Position numbers and translations under genes: made by a program. A DNA stretch of 64,000 nucleotides, taken from the NCBI GenBank assembly GCA_030141605.1, contig JAQGDQ010000966.1, positions 10,864 through 74,863 of the forward strand. Reading direction: 5' to 3'. The stretch is from Tubiluchus corallicola (lineage: Eukaryota; Animalia; Priapulida). The notes under the pieces are model-generated. The model saw only the letters and a list, made by a program, of their open reading frames with translations, was not told the DNA's origin and did not search any database. Below are positions 50,140 to 63,412 of the stretch, piece by piece. Each line of letters starts with the position of its first letter. The first letter of the stretch is position 1.

Positions 50140-50930
50140 TAACTGGCAGCAAGTTTTGCTCTTTAGTCTGCACACGCTTGTGAGTTACTTGACGAGTTAC
50201 TCTTGACACTTCTCGCGAGGAATGGAGCAGTGAGTGTCAGCTCGCACTTACTGTCGGAGTATACTGGCAGCAAGTTTTGCTCTTTAGTCTACACACGCTT
50301 GTGAGTTACTTGACGAGTTACTCTTGACACTTCTCGCGAGGAATGGAGCAGTGAGTGTCAGCTCGCACTTACTGTCGGAGTATACTGGCAGCAAGTTTTG
50401 CTCTTTAGTCTACACACGCTTGTGAGTTACTTGACGAGTTACTCTCGACACTTCTTGCGAAGAATGGAGCAGTGAGTGTCAGCTCGCACTTACTGTCGGA
50501 GAGTAACTGGCAGCAAGTTTTGCTCTTTAGTCTACACACACTTGTGAGTTACTTGACGAGTTACTCTCGACACTTCTCGCGAGGAATGGAGCAGTGAGTG
50601 TCAGCTCGCGCTTACTGTCGGAGAGTAACTGGCAGCAAGTTTTGCTCTTTAGTCTACACATGCTTCTCAGTTACTTGATGAGTTACTCTCGACACTTCTT
50701 GCGAAGAATGGAGTAGTGAGTGTCAGCTCGCGCTTACTGTCGGAGAGTAACTGGCAGCAAGTTTTGTTCTTTAGTCTGCACATGCTTGTGAGTTACTTGA
50801 CGAGTTACTCTCGACACTTCTCGCGAGGAATGGAGCAGTGAGTGTCAGCTTGCGTTTACTGTCTGAGAGTAACTGGGAGCAAGTTTTACTCTTTCGTCTG
50901 CACACGCTTGTGAGTTACTTGACAAGCTAC
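50140..50930 (+). repeat. ~121-bp tandem repeat, about 6.5 near-identical copies, with diverged units to ~51370
   Basis: CTGGCAGCAAGTTTTG at ~50143, 50264, 50385, 50507, 50629, 50751 and a variant at ~50873. Confidence 0.95.
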
Positions 50931-51643
50931 TGTATTAAAAATCGTAAATGCTGCAACATTTGCTGCGAGTTGATTTACTGTCCGGTGTGAACCCCTCGGC
51001 AAGTTACTTTCAGCACTTTTCGCGAGGAATAGAGCAGTGATTGTTATTTCGAGCTCGCTGTGGGAGAACCCAGTCTGAACCCAACTTGTGAGTTACCTGA
51101 TGAGTTTACATGGCGAGAAAACTCGCTAGTCTTCACACACTTGTGAATTAATTGACGAGTTACGAGAATTGACAATCTCGCCTACAGTTGCTGCGATTTG
51201 ACTTCTCTTTAGTGTGAACACCTCGCTAGTTACTCTCGATGATTCTTGCAAGGAGTCGAGCAGTGAGTGTGAACTCGCACTTACTCTCGAAGGGTAACTC
51301 AGTTTTGAGCTCCAGTCCGAATGTGCTTGCGAGTTACTTGGTGCGTTTACTTGATGAGAAAACTGCCTTGTTTGAACGCACCATTAGTGTACATTTGTTG
51401 TATTTCATAATTGTTTGTGGCGTATTAAGGAAATGTACGACGTAATGCATAGTTCATACTACCTTGATAAGTACTTTTTCTAATACTACAAGTGGGATAT
51501 TAAATTAGGCGAAACAACAACATAGTTTTATTACTTTTATTACATATTACTTTTATTACGTATGTCTATTCTTCGTGGTGTTTTCGCATTCAACTCCGCT
51601 TTGTTTATCGTCTCTGCATTTCCCATGTTTTTTTTAAAATTAG

Positions 51644-51799
51644 TCGCAAGAGGAGGAGGAAGCTCACGCTTTGAAACCCATCGATCAGTTTCCAGGCCAC
51701 GGTTTGTCCGGTGCTGTCCTCTATCTGTCGGTCGACGAAAATCTCCTCTTTAGTGCATCGCGGGACGGGGTGCTGATGGCAAGAACGACCAACGATACG
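51644..51799 (+). CDS. CFAP43: CFAP43 exon 16 (..FPGHGLSGAVLYLS..LLFSASRDGVL..)
   Basis: aattag/gtaagg, phase 0-0, WD40 GH motif. Confidence 0.88.
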
Positions 51800-52309
51800 G
51801 TAAGGAATTGTTGTTTTCCAACAACAAGCGAGCTCTTTCCAATTTCGGGACTTACTGTTTGATAGATGACTGTAACAAAACTGAAAACTAGCTTTTGCAA
51901 GTCATAATTCTCTTAAAGAAGGACCCCATTTTGAAGTACGGTAAAAAGTATACATTTTAACACAATTAATACTGCAAAAGTGTTTCTGATAATTAAATAA
52001 TAGACTAATAGCACAAATATTTTTGACATCATAAACTAACATAATTTTCTACGGCAAAAATATTCCAGGGGCATGATCTAACAGACCTAGTTGTTTCCTT
52101 CGGACCTCTTATATGTGGAACTCTTTATAGAAAATAATGTTACTACTAACTATAAAATTGCTCACAGTACTACTTTTATCTGACTCGATACGTACATTTT
52201 GAAGATTTTGTGGATTCGTCCTAGTCAGACTACTATGTACAACTAGAATCCCGAGTGTGCCGCGTGTGTAGCAGAAGGGTGTATAAAAAGTTCCTGAATA
52301 AATTGGAAT

Positions 52310-53205
<896 letters not shown>

Positions 53206-53349
53206 ATCTCTTCCTTTAAGTTTACGGAAAACATGAAGATTAATGTAGATGTATACATTAACAGTGCTTTATTAACAGTGGTCTGGCATTAGTAAACGTC
53301 TTCTCTGAACTGTGCATTTCGCTGATTAATAATATTTTCATTTTTATAG

Positions 53350-53477
53350 ACAAACGTCGTTTCTACTGCAATTCATCATCACACGACTGGCGGAATAAAG
53401 GAAATGAGCATATCTCTGGACACCCAGTATATTGTCACTGTGGGATTCGACGGTACTCTGGCTTGCACTAGTTTCAC
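53350..53477 (+). CDS. CFAP43: CFAP43 exon 17 (..HHHTTGGIKEMSISLDTQYIVTVGFDGTLAC..)
   Basis: ttatag/gtacgt, phase 0-2. Confidence 0.9.
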
Positions 53478-54380
53478 GTACGTTTTATCAAAATTACTGG
53501 ACACCCTGTATGTTCTACACATAATGGTCGGGTGGTTTCGGAATTATGCAATTGGCTGCTAAACAACTATCGTGCGATAACTCAAACTATTTCAAAATTC
53601 AGGAAGATTTTGCAAACTTTTTCTGCTGTACTCTTCTACGTGAGTCCTTTGTTACTCGTTGACCGTATGGTTCAGTTGCTTCTATGATACTGGACTGCTG
53701 TGGCTGCATGGGGGCTCTCAGTGGTTGCGAAACCTCTGCTTTGTAGCATTTCCTGTTGCCATGGAAAATAGCGTTGTCATCCAAATTCATGGTAACATTT
53801 TCCCCGGGCACGGTACGGAAACGGAATTTTCGGTTTGGTTTGCCGATAATTGCAGTTTCTGTTTCGGCAAAGTTTCGTAGTGGAAATTTTGGATAATTTT
53901 CCAGAAGTTTTACTAGTATTTATCCAATTTACCTTTTCTGTCGTCCTAGATGTGCAATACCGGGAAATGTCTTGGCTAAATTAGTTCAAATAGAGCGAAC
54001 ATTTTGTTTACATAACAGTTTGTGATGTGCTTTTACCGGCAATGCGGCATATCTTCAGTGCTGATCGTTGTGAAGTTTTAGGGTCTCCAGGCCCAATCAA
54101 TCGAAATACCAAACCACGTTTGCATTTATTTGAACAAAATCACATTTAATTTTATGATTTATGAAATATCGGTAACATAATATCTACAAAATAAAATTTG
54201 TTTATTTTAATGAAGCATTATGATCTTTAATCATTAAGGACATTTGGAAGGATACTGTATGCCTAAGTATAGATGAGACTACTGCAGGCTCATCTCACAA
54301 TTTTCTTGATGATAAAACAGTTCTGGTCCCACTACAAGTGTCAACGTAAAACGTTTCAGTTTTGACTTCTTGTTATTTAG

Positions 54381-54555
54381 GTTTTCACCAGAGAATGCCA
54401 GCAGAGCGGAAGCGGCTACGGATGCCGCAAATTCCATATTCTCCTTGCTTGCCGAACTTAAGAAGACCCAGACGGAAGTTCTCATTCAGCTTCCGACCGT
54501 GGTCGTGACGGCAGCGGAGGGTAAGCAGACGTGGTTGGAAATCTTGCATGCTGAG
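54381..54555 (+). CDS. CFAP43: CFAP43 exon 18 (FSPENASRAE..KQTWLEILHAE)
   Basis: atttag/gtacgc, phase 2-0. Confidence 0.85.
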
Positions 54556-55392
54556 GTACGCACTACTGTTACGTCTGGTGGGTATGTTGCTTAGCAACAG
54601 CCAATTGTAAAATCTGGTTGCTAGGCGATGCCACCATTCTCCACGTCGCCTCTTTTTGACTACTTTTTCACTTTCTCGGCAACTAACGTTATTTGTTGAA
54701 TGTAGTGGAATGTATGTGCTAATAAACTTGAATTGAATTGACTGCAGCATCTACCTGGGATAATATTTGTAATCTTTTTACTTGAAATGTATGATGCAAA
54801 TAAACTTGAATTGAATTTACTGCGTCAACTACCTGTGATAATATTAGTAACCGTTTGCTTGAATTGTATGTTGCAAATAAACTTAAATTGACTTGATTGG
54901 GATAATATTAGAATCTTTTTACTTGAATTGTTATGAGGCAAATAAACTAGAATTGAATTGACTATAGCACCTTTGTGAAATAATTTTATTAACCCTTCTA
55001 ATTAGATTTTACGAGGTAAATAAACTTGAATTGAATCGAATGCAGTACCTTCGTGGGATACTTTTAACCGAGGATAACATGTTGAACCTACAGAACAATG
55101 GTGGTTATTGTTTCTCATATCTGACTTTGATAAATCCTCATATTTGAAGAAGCAACAATAATATTTTTCAAATCTTTGGAATTGAACCCACAACCTCATA
55201 TCCAGAATGCAGCCTGCTATGCGAGTTTTGCTACATCGTGTATTGCAACACTGTTATAGTGAAAACCTTCCACACATGTGTAATGAGTCTACCTTATTAT
55301 TGCCGGCCATTTTTTAAAATGATTATCTACCATATTTGTATTTGTCGAAATTTAAATAATTCTGTAATGTGCAATTATTTTTGTCTGTTTAG

Positions 55393-55470
55393 ATTTTAGA
55401 GGAAGAAGAGAGAGGTGTGGCTGATGTAAAGGCTCAACTACTGCAGCAGGTTGATAGCATAAGAGAACAG
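55393..55470 (+). CDS. CFAP43: CFAP43 exon 19 (ILEEEERGVADVKAQLLQQVDSIREQ)
   Basis: gtttag/gtaagt, phase 0-0, coiled coil. Confidence 0.88.
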
Positions 55471-55930
55471 GTAAGTTGATTAGTCAGCTGGTTGATAGCA
55501 TAAGAGAACAAGTAAGTCGATTAGTCAGCTGCTTGATAGCATAAGAGAACAGGTAAATCGATTAGTCAGCAAGTTGATAGCATAAGAGAATAAGTAATTG
55601 ATTAGTCAGCAGATTGGTAGCATAAGAGAACAAGTAAGTCGATTAGTCAGCAGGTTCATAGCATAAGAGAATAAGTAATCGATTAGACAGCAGGTTGATA
55701 GCATACGACAACAGGTAAGTCAATTAGTCAGCAGGTTGATAGCATAAGAGAACAGGTAAGTCAATTATTCAGCAGGTTGATAGCATAAGAGAACAGGTAA
55801 GTCAATTAGTCAGCAGGTTGATACCGTAAGACAACAGGTAAGTCGATTAGTCAGCAGGTTGATAGCACAAGAGAACAGGTAAGTCGATTAGTAAGTATGT
55901 TGATAGCATAACACTTTAGGTAAATCGACT
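55444..55930 (+). repeat. ~40-bp tandem repeat of the exon 19 end plus donor (CAGCAGGTTGATAGCATAAGAGAACAG|GTAAGT), about 12 copies
   Basis: Direct reading. Confidence 0.95.
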
Positions 55931-56221
55931 AGACAGCTGTCTTACCTGATGTCTTATGCCATCGACCTAATGATGACTTTGGCATTGAGGAAGGATGGTG
56001 ACGACTCTGATGACGATGTTGGCGATGATGATGATGATGATGACTTTGGCATTGAGGAAGGATGGTGATGACTCTGATGACGATGTTGGCGATGATGATG
56101 ATGATGATGATGATGATTACGATGATGGTGACAAATACTGAAGAAATAATCGATGTTCTTGGAATTGCTGTTGTTGTTGTTGTCATTGTTGAACTGCTGA
56201 TGGTCATCTTTATATTTTCAG

Positions 56222-56347
56222 CTACATGAAATGTTAAGAGAGAATGAATCATTGCCAGATATTGACAAGCTGTCTATACAAGAGTTTGAACTTGACCTTG
56301 ATGAGCAAGAAAGGATCGCCTCCGAACAGCAACGGAAAATAAAAAAA
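56222..56347 (+). CDS. CFAP43: CFAP43 exon 20 (LHEMLRENESLPDIDKLSIQEFELDLDEQERI..KIKK)
   Basis: tttcag/gtacaa, phase 0-0; conserved ENE.LP.I.KL...EF.LD..E.ER. Confidence 0.9.
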
Positions 56348-56594
56348 GTACAAATCAGCTTTCTTAATTTACTTTTTTTGTGTAACGTATTTTTTGAAAG
56401 TCGTTTGGTGATTCTTAAGCTTTTGCAAACAGTAGTTTTTTCCACCGATCTTCTTTTCTGTGGAATTCTGCAACAGAAAGTTCTTTTTCTGAACAGTAAA
56501 ATCAATCAGCTTCAAGAAGTGCACCAATAGATTCTTTGTGTAAATAGTGAACTTGAGACAATGTATTTCAATCATTTTTATTTAATAAACAATG

Positions 56595-57334
56595 ATTAGG
56601 AAGAGATGTCTAATTTGGCCATGATGTATGAACGTGAGCAAATTCAATTCAATCTTTGTTTTTTAATTGACAGATCATTGAGGACGAAGACATGTCTAAT
56701 TTGGGGTTGATCTACAAACGTGAACAAATTCAATTCAATCCTTGTTTTTTTAATTGATAGATCATCGAGGAGGAAGAGATGTCTAATTTGGGGATGATGT
56801 ACGAACATGAACAAATTCAATTCAATCGTTGTTTTTTAATTGACAGATCATTGAGGAGGAAGAGATGTCTAATTTGGCCATGATGTATGAACGTGAGGAA
56901 ATTCAACTCAATTGTTGTTTTTTTAATTGACAGATCATCAAGAAAAAATAGATGTGTAATCTGGCCATGATGTACAAATGTGAACTAATTCAATTCAGTC
57001 GTTGTTTTTTAATTGACAGATCATCGAGGAGGAAGAGATGTCTAATTTGGGATTGATGTACAAACGTGAACAAATTCAATTGAATCTTAGTTTTTTTAAT
57101 TGTCAGATTGTCGAGGAGGAAGAGATGTCTAATTTGGTCATGATGTACAAACATGAACAAATTCGATTCAATCATTGTTTTTTTTAATTGACAGATCATC
57201 GAGGAGGAAGAGATGTCTAATTTGGGGATGATGTACGAACGTGAGCAAATTCAATTCAATCGTTGTTTTTTTTAATTGACAGATCATCGAGGAGGAAGAG
57301 ATGTCTAATTTGGGGATGATGTACGAACGTGAAC
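56595..57334 (+). repeat. ~87-bp tandem repeat of the exon 21 acceptor plus the first ~52 nt of the exon, 8-9 copies
   Basis: AG|AT acceptors at 56673, 56760, 56846, 56933, 57019, 57106, 57194 and the real site 57282. Confidence 0.95.
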
Positions 57335-57387
57335 AGATCAAGAAGGAATGCTGGGAGAACATGATCGTCAAAGGTCGAGTCATCAAG
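57283..57387 (+). CDS. CFAP43: CFAP43 exon 21 (IIEEEEMSNLGMMYEREQIKKECWENMIVKGRVIK)
   Basis: tgacag/gtaaga, phase 0-0; human IKEECWNSMAVKGRALK. Confidence 0.93.
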
Positions 57388-58124
57388 GTAAGATGCATGG
57401 CTTCACTCGTTTGATGAATTCACATCCGATTGCGACTCAGGCACCTCTGATGGTTCAGTGTCCCCTCTTAATGGAATGTGCTCAATAATGAGGCACGTGC
57501 CAGTCTTGTCATGAACTTTAAACGTCGAGCCGGCTCTGTCGTTGAGTGCTGGATTCCGGCCTGCATGCCCTAAGTTCTTCAAAGAATGATAGCAAGTGAA
57601 TAAGGTGGCTTAAAAATCAATCAATTCACTGCTAGTTAATCAGATAAAACATTACCCACAGTTGGAAGTTACTCTCATATCCTGGTTTCTAGATGATGAC
57701 ATGACTCAAAGTGCCCGTCCTGACGCTGTATTTTTTTTTGACATTTTAAGAATAACTACAACAGTGATTATAGGTTAGGCACAAGTGGAATGTATGGAAT
57801 GTGTTGTCTAGGCAAATTATTCACCATTTTGACATACACCGAGCAGAGCATTCTTTACCAGTTTGTGAGATCAAATCAAATCAGATTTCTGGCTCTTGAA
57901 CTCGAATTCAGTTTTAAAGATGTTCGAATAAATTTTCAAACATACGAGAAGCTGTGTCGTCTTGCAAAGATTGTGTATATTGCTTAATTTTAAAAGCACA
58001 AATTAGTTTAAAAACTGTACGCAGAAATCGATACGAAATTGTGCTGATTTGAAGGATTTTTCGAATGTATTAATGATAAAGAACGTATGTAGTTGAAGTC
58101 GAGTTACTCGAATCTATAATTTTA

Positions 58125-58487
58125 CGTTCGAATCAAAATCAAACTAAAAAACTCGTTCGAATTGAATTCAATCTAAAAAAAAGACTCATTCAAATTGCAT
58201 CAAACTAAAACACAAGTTTGAATTGAATTCGCATTAGAAAACTCGTTTGAATAGAACTCAAACTAAAGAACTCGCTTGAATTGAATTCAATCTAAAAAAA
58301 AATTCGAATTGATCCAAACTAAAAAATTCATTCGAACTGAATTCAAACTAAAAAACTCATTTGAATTAATTCAAACTAAGAAACTCATTCGAATTGAATT
58401 CAAATTAAAAAAGCTCGTTCGAATTGAATTCAAACTAGAAAAACTCTCTTGAATCGAATTCAAACTAAAAAACTGATTCGAATTCAA
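58125..58487. repeat. ~30-bp minisatellite (TTCGAATTGAATTCAAACTAAAAAACTC), about 12 copies
   Basis: Direct reading. Confidence 0.9.
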
Positions 58488-58569
58488 CACCCACCTCTTG
58501 TATTGATTATTTCAGTGCGTCACAATTCTACGGTGCCGATTTCTGTCGTGTGTTTTTGTTTATTTTTAG

Positions 58570-58686
58570 GCTTTCAACGGGTCCCTTGAAGTTTCCAATT
58601 ATCCGATGAAGAAACGGAGCGAAGAGGAATTGGAGGAATTGGAGAGGGTGATACAGGCGCGAAAAGTAGAGATTGCCGACGAAGAG
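58570..58686 (+). CDS. CFAP43: CFAP43 exon 22 (AFNGSLEVSNYPMKKRSEEELEELERV..RKVE..)
   Basis: ttttag/gtaact, phase 0-0; conserved V.NYPM..R..EEL.EL.RV. Confidence 0.93.
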
Positions 58687-58981
58687 GTAACTGATTAGCC
58701 TGCACCCTCAACCCATACCCCTCAGCCTTTTCACTAGCCCCTGTTAAGGGTGATTTGTGCAAAAGAGACCAAATAAAATATTTTAGTGCATCTGCTGTTC
58801 TGCATCAGCTGCTTCTGTCTCCATCTGATTTTTCTGCTGGAAGATTTTTCAAGGGAACATTCTTGGTGCTTTATCGTGTTTTTTATCTTCCGGCATTCCC
58901 TCCTTTTCCCAGAATCGAGCCTTCTGAAAGATTTAACGGAAAATGTTCTACGCTTGTGCATTAGCAAGTTATTAGCAGGTA

Positions 58982-59595
58982 CAGTGTTCCCTCACTTATT
59001 GCGGGTGTTCCGTTCCAGGCCCAACCGCGATAAGTGAATAATACGCTATACTTATTTTAGTAGTTATTCATCATATTAAGTCTTTATAAACCCTCCCCAC
59101 ACTGTTATACATAACCCTTTCCCATTCCCTTAATAACTTTTCCCATACTGCACATGTAGCTTTTAAAAAGCTTTCCATCAATCAACCAATCACGTGTTGT
59201 GTACAATCTCACGTCGGCAAGTAGCATTTCAAGCGGACGCAAGTACTACATTTTGTTTTTGGTGTGTATTCATCCGCCGAATAAATACACTATTTACTGT
59301 AAATGGTAATTTTTTATAATATAATATTCTTAATGTTATAATATTCTTTTAATGTTAGAATTATTATTTTTAATATATTTTTATACATTTTGTGATTTTT
59401 TATGCAAAATTCATCAAATCTATACATTACTGTACAATATGTACTACGCATGTGCAAAAATACTTTAGATGGAGTACCGCAAAAACCCACGAAACAGCGG
59501 AAATACCGTGATAAATATTTCACATTACCATTTTTGAAAACGCGCGACACAGCGAGTCCGCGATAAACAAACTGCGAAGTAGCGAGGGAACACTG
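58982..59595 (-). mobile_element. Tigger/pogo-like MITE, intact copy
   Basis: TA|CAGTGTTCCCTC ... GAGGGAACACTG|TA. Confidence 0.88.
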
Positions 59596-61004
59596 TAACC
59601 GTAGTCATCTTACGACCACAGTCATTTCTGTTCGATTGGCCGTATGATGAGTTAGACGCAAGTTGGACCCGTATGTTGAAGCGGTGCACTTTACACGTAA
59701 GATATTTTATGCGTCCGCACACTAAATATGGCAGCATTGCGCATGAATTTATCTAAATTGGAGGAAATTTGAGTTATAATTAGTTCTGCATAAAAAGTCA
59801 TAACGTCGAACAGTCGTAAGTTGCATTTGTCATAAGTTGACGACTACGTTTAATTAATATGTATAGGACATGGGTTCCCAACCTTGGGATCACGATCTGA
59901 GCTGGGGTTCCCAACCTTGGGATCGCAACCTGAGCAGGGGTTACAGTGAACTAATGATGTAAACAAAGTGTTGTCCCGCCACCTAACGGTCAGCTCGCAA
60001 AACAACGGACTCTGTCTGTAGTATGAGGGAGTAATAGTGGTCCGGATTTTGTCCGACTTTTTCGATATGCCGTAGAAGCGAGGTCCGGCAAATCGAGAAA
60101 TATGAGTTCAAATTCTCGATACCTCCTCCTGTGGGTGGTGTCAACAAGTGCTGTTTTTTCATTGGTCATGTGTTCTTCTAATCCATAACTATAAAACGCG
60201 TTTTCCGTTGGAGGATAAAACGCCAGAATAAACTCGCGTCTTGCATTTGATAATAACATTGCTTTAAATTATGTCTTAATTTTACATTAGAGTCAGTGCA
60301 ACTGTCTAACACGTGGCTTCCATCTCTACTCTCTCTCTCTCTCTCTCTCTCTCATCAATCTATGTTCTTTTTTCTGTATCTCCTCTCTTTCTTCTGTTTT
60401 CCCCACCCCTTTCTTTCCTACCATGTTTCTTCACTCTTTTGTTTCCTCTCACCCTCTTCTCTTTTCCGTTTTTATGTTTTTTCCACCTTTTCTCCCCACC
60501 CTGCCTTTTTTCTCTGTTCTAATCTTTCCTGCTTCCACGTATCACATCTAATTATGCTAAGCATCATCATCATCATCATCATCATCATCGTCATCATTAC
60601 CAGTGCAACCATTCCCATCCTTCTCCTCTTTATCATTGTCACCATCATCATCATTTCAAGCTTCTTCCTAACAGTTTCTAATGTTAACAGTGTTCTAACA
60701 GTTTCTTGGGGTCGCAAAGCACTTTTTGTGGGATCGCGGGCTGTTTTCACGAAAATTATGCAAGTGGGTCTTTCCTCAGTCTCTCATTACGTCATTTTGT
60801 TCTGGAAAGTGAAACTGGGTTTTCCCGCTCTAAAAGCCATATACCCGTGCTTGATTTTCCGGGAAAATGAATGTTATTCAATGCCATACACTCGTGTACA
60901 GTGTACACCGCCCAAGAGCGTGTCGCTATTGACTTTATATCGGGTCTCCTTGGTACCTACTGCATTGCAATACTGCTCTCTGAGAAATATGAGCAATCTT
61001 CTCA

Positions 61005-61799
61005 TCTATACTCTTATATTAATATTCTTGGTATATATATATATAAGATTCGAGGCTACAGCTTCGACGAGGGCACCATTTGCGGCAATCTATATGTCAA
61101 ACGAAAGGTCTCGATCTAGTGTCGTGCCATTGGTACTTTATTTTTCGAATCGGGCCCACCGGACGGAAGGGGGGCGAAAAACCTCCAAAAATGGCCCTTT
61201 TTCGGCCGTTTTTTGCAAAAGTTATACGGCTGAGATGTAGAGAACGGGAACGGGCCGAGGGGGGTACTGGGTATGGATAGATAGCCCGTTCAGCGGTGGG
61301 TGTAGTAGGCATATTTAGAATTCCCGAGAGGGCCAGGGCGCCCCTCAACGGGCGTTTTCCCGGACCCAACTCGCGATTTTTTTCGAAATTTTGACCAAAC
61401 AGTATGCGGGAAAAACGTTCTAGCGTCGCCCGGTGGGACTCTGGGAAGGAGATATGGGGCTCTTTACAAGGAGGAAGGACAGGGCTACACAATGATGTGG
61501 GCTATATGTTAGGGCAGGTCCACCGAGAGGAGTATCGACGAGTTAATTCGTGTTCTATTTTCCGCAAATTTCGACAATTTTCGCCTTGGAAAACTGCAGA
61601 CCGCATTCCATTGTGCCGACGTCATCCATTGTACTCTGTCTATAAGTTTAATTCAGCAAAAAGCTGCTACAGGCTTTGCGTTAGGTAAGTAGGCAGGATG
61701 TTACGGGCTTTGCGTTATACATGAGGACTAGGTAGGATGTTCGCGTGTTATTGATTATACGTGTTTTATACGCAAAATCTTTTGCGGGGCCTTTGCTAG
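61005..61799 (+). mobile_element. Non-autonomous Helitron, full-length copy
   Basis: A|TCTATACTC ... GCAAAATCTTTTGCGGGGCCTTTGCTAG|T; no TIR or TSD. Confidence 0.82.
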
Positions 61800-62121
61800 T
61801 TAACAAATTAATGAAACAATCACTCATTGTTCAATAATTTCTTGAATACTTAATTAATTAATTAAATAATTAACTATTTTAATTAAGTTAATTAATTAAC
61901 TACTTTAATTAAGTTAATTAATTAATAAACACAAACGATAACGAAGTGTAATAGTACGACATGAGATTATGTTCTTCGTGCTGTCGCGATTGAATGCAGG
62001 GTTCTGGAAAGGGGTCGCCATCAACAAAAGGACCACTTCTTAATTACGTTATTCCTGTGTTCTGTATCGTAAGCGAAGGTATGAGTACGATGCGTTCGAA
62101 TAAAGATTTGAAATTTTTCAG

Positions 62122-62169
62122 GCGAGGAGGAACTTGATTGAAGCCGATATCAAACCGCAGAGCAATATT
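62122..62169 (+). CDS. CFAP43: CFAP43 exon 23 (ARRNLIEADIKPQSNI); the gene continues beyond
   Basis: tttcag/gtaagt, phase 0-0. Confidence 0.75.
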
Positions 62170-63051
62170 GTAAGTAAAGCAATGTGTGTGTGCTTATCAG
62201 TTCCTAAATTGTTTTGTGATGAAGTGATGTTAACTTATATTAATATTAAATTATATAATAAATATTATATTAACTTCTATTTAATTTTTTAATCTTACAG
62301 GACAAGAAAAGGGGTACCTGAAGTAGGTTTCGGCAGAAACCCTTAGAAAATTATATAGCTTTAGTGTGCTTTTATGCGTATATCTGTTGAGAGGAATTTT
62401 TGTTTGTTTTCATTTTAAATCTCCCGTGATACTGTTCCGGCCATGCCATTACATGACTCCACGTAAATCAAAGGAAGAAAAGGAAATGTTAAATTATGTC
62501 CCAAAAAACTTTCCATGCAAATCTGTATTACTTAGCATTTCGCTTACTTGCTGGAAACACTTATGTAACTAGAAATAATAATTTAAAATGTTCGTGCCAA
62601 TTGGTAAAATCTCGTTGACTCACCTTCCGGGTTGCGCCACACAGTAAGCAAAAATGCATTTTTAATCTTATCGACAAGATAGAGTAATTTAAAGTTTTAC
62701 TGGTTAATAACGTGCGCAATTTTCAAACTTGATGCAATGTCGTCTAAGATTGTGTCATACGAGCTAAAATGGCTGCATTTAACGGTCATAGCGGAAGTTT
62801 AAATTTACATTTTTTATACAGGGTTACTACCGACGAGAGCCCTTACTCAATGACTAATCATTAAACTACCATTGTGGCAGTTTTAAATTTTCAAGTTTTC
62901 TTACAATGTTATTGTTAATACAGTCTCTGTTTGCAATTCAAGGCAGAACGTGGATCGTACAAAATTTCAGGACTAATTTTTTTAGCTTTGTGTAAGTAAA
63001 AAAACGTTTTCTTGTCCCTCAAGTAACAACCATTTACCGTCATAACAGTTA

Positions 63052-63412
63052 GTGGTTGGCATCCTTCTGTCTCGGAAGACAATGGAGTGTGCGCCAAGAG
63101 AGTCAGTTATTGACACATGGAGACAGTGGTTGAGCAATCCGATCGTTGAACCACTGGAGTGGCCTTTCCACGCAGGTGTATGGAGATCCTGAGTTGAACC
63201 CCCTCTCTTCTTCCCTGGTGTAGTCCAAAGGAAAGCGGAGCGATACATTTGGCACCAGGTTGGCTGCCGGAGGTCCACCTTTGGGGCTCCACTCCTGATT
63301 TGGAAGGTTTATTCCTCTACACACTGATGGTCACGTGACTTCCTCTGCCCTCCAGCCATTGGCTGCTTGTGCAACTCCTCTGCGTAGTGTCAAGATACAG
63401 TGTGGGCATCCT
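63052..63412 (-). mobile_element. Headless copy of the bipartite RTE-derived SINE body
   Basis: Reverse complement of ~25937-26350; imperfect TSD GTCATAACAGTTA/GTTATAACTGTTA. Confidence 0.8.

Noticed and set aside
60296-61240. 314-aa hydrophobic ORF
   Set aside because: Chance fusion of CT-rich and (CAT)n tracts with the Helitron 5' end; no domain, and it is intronic.
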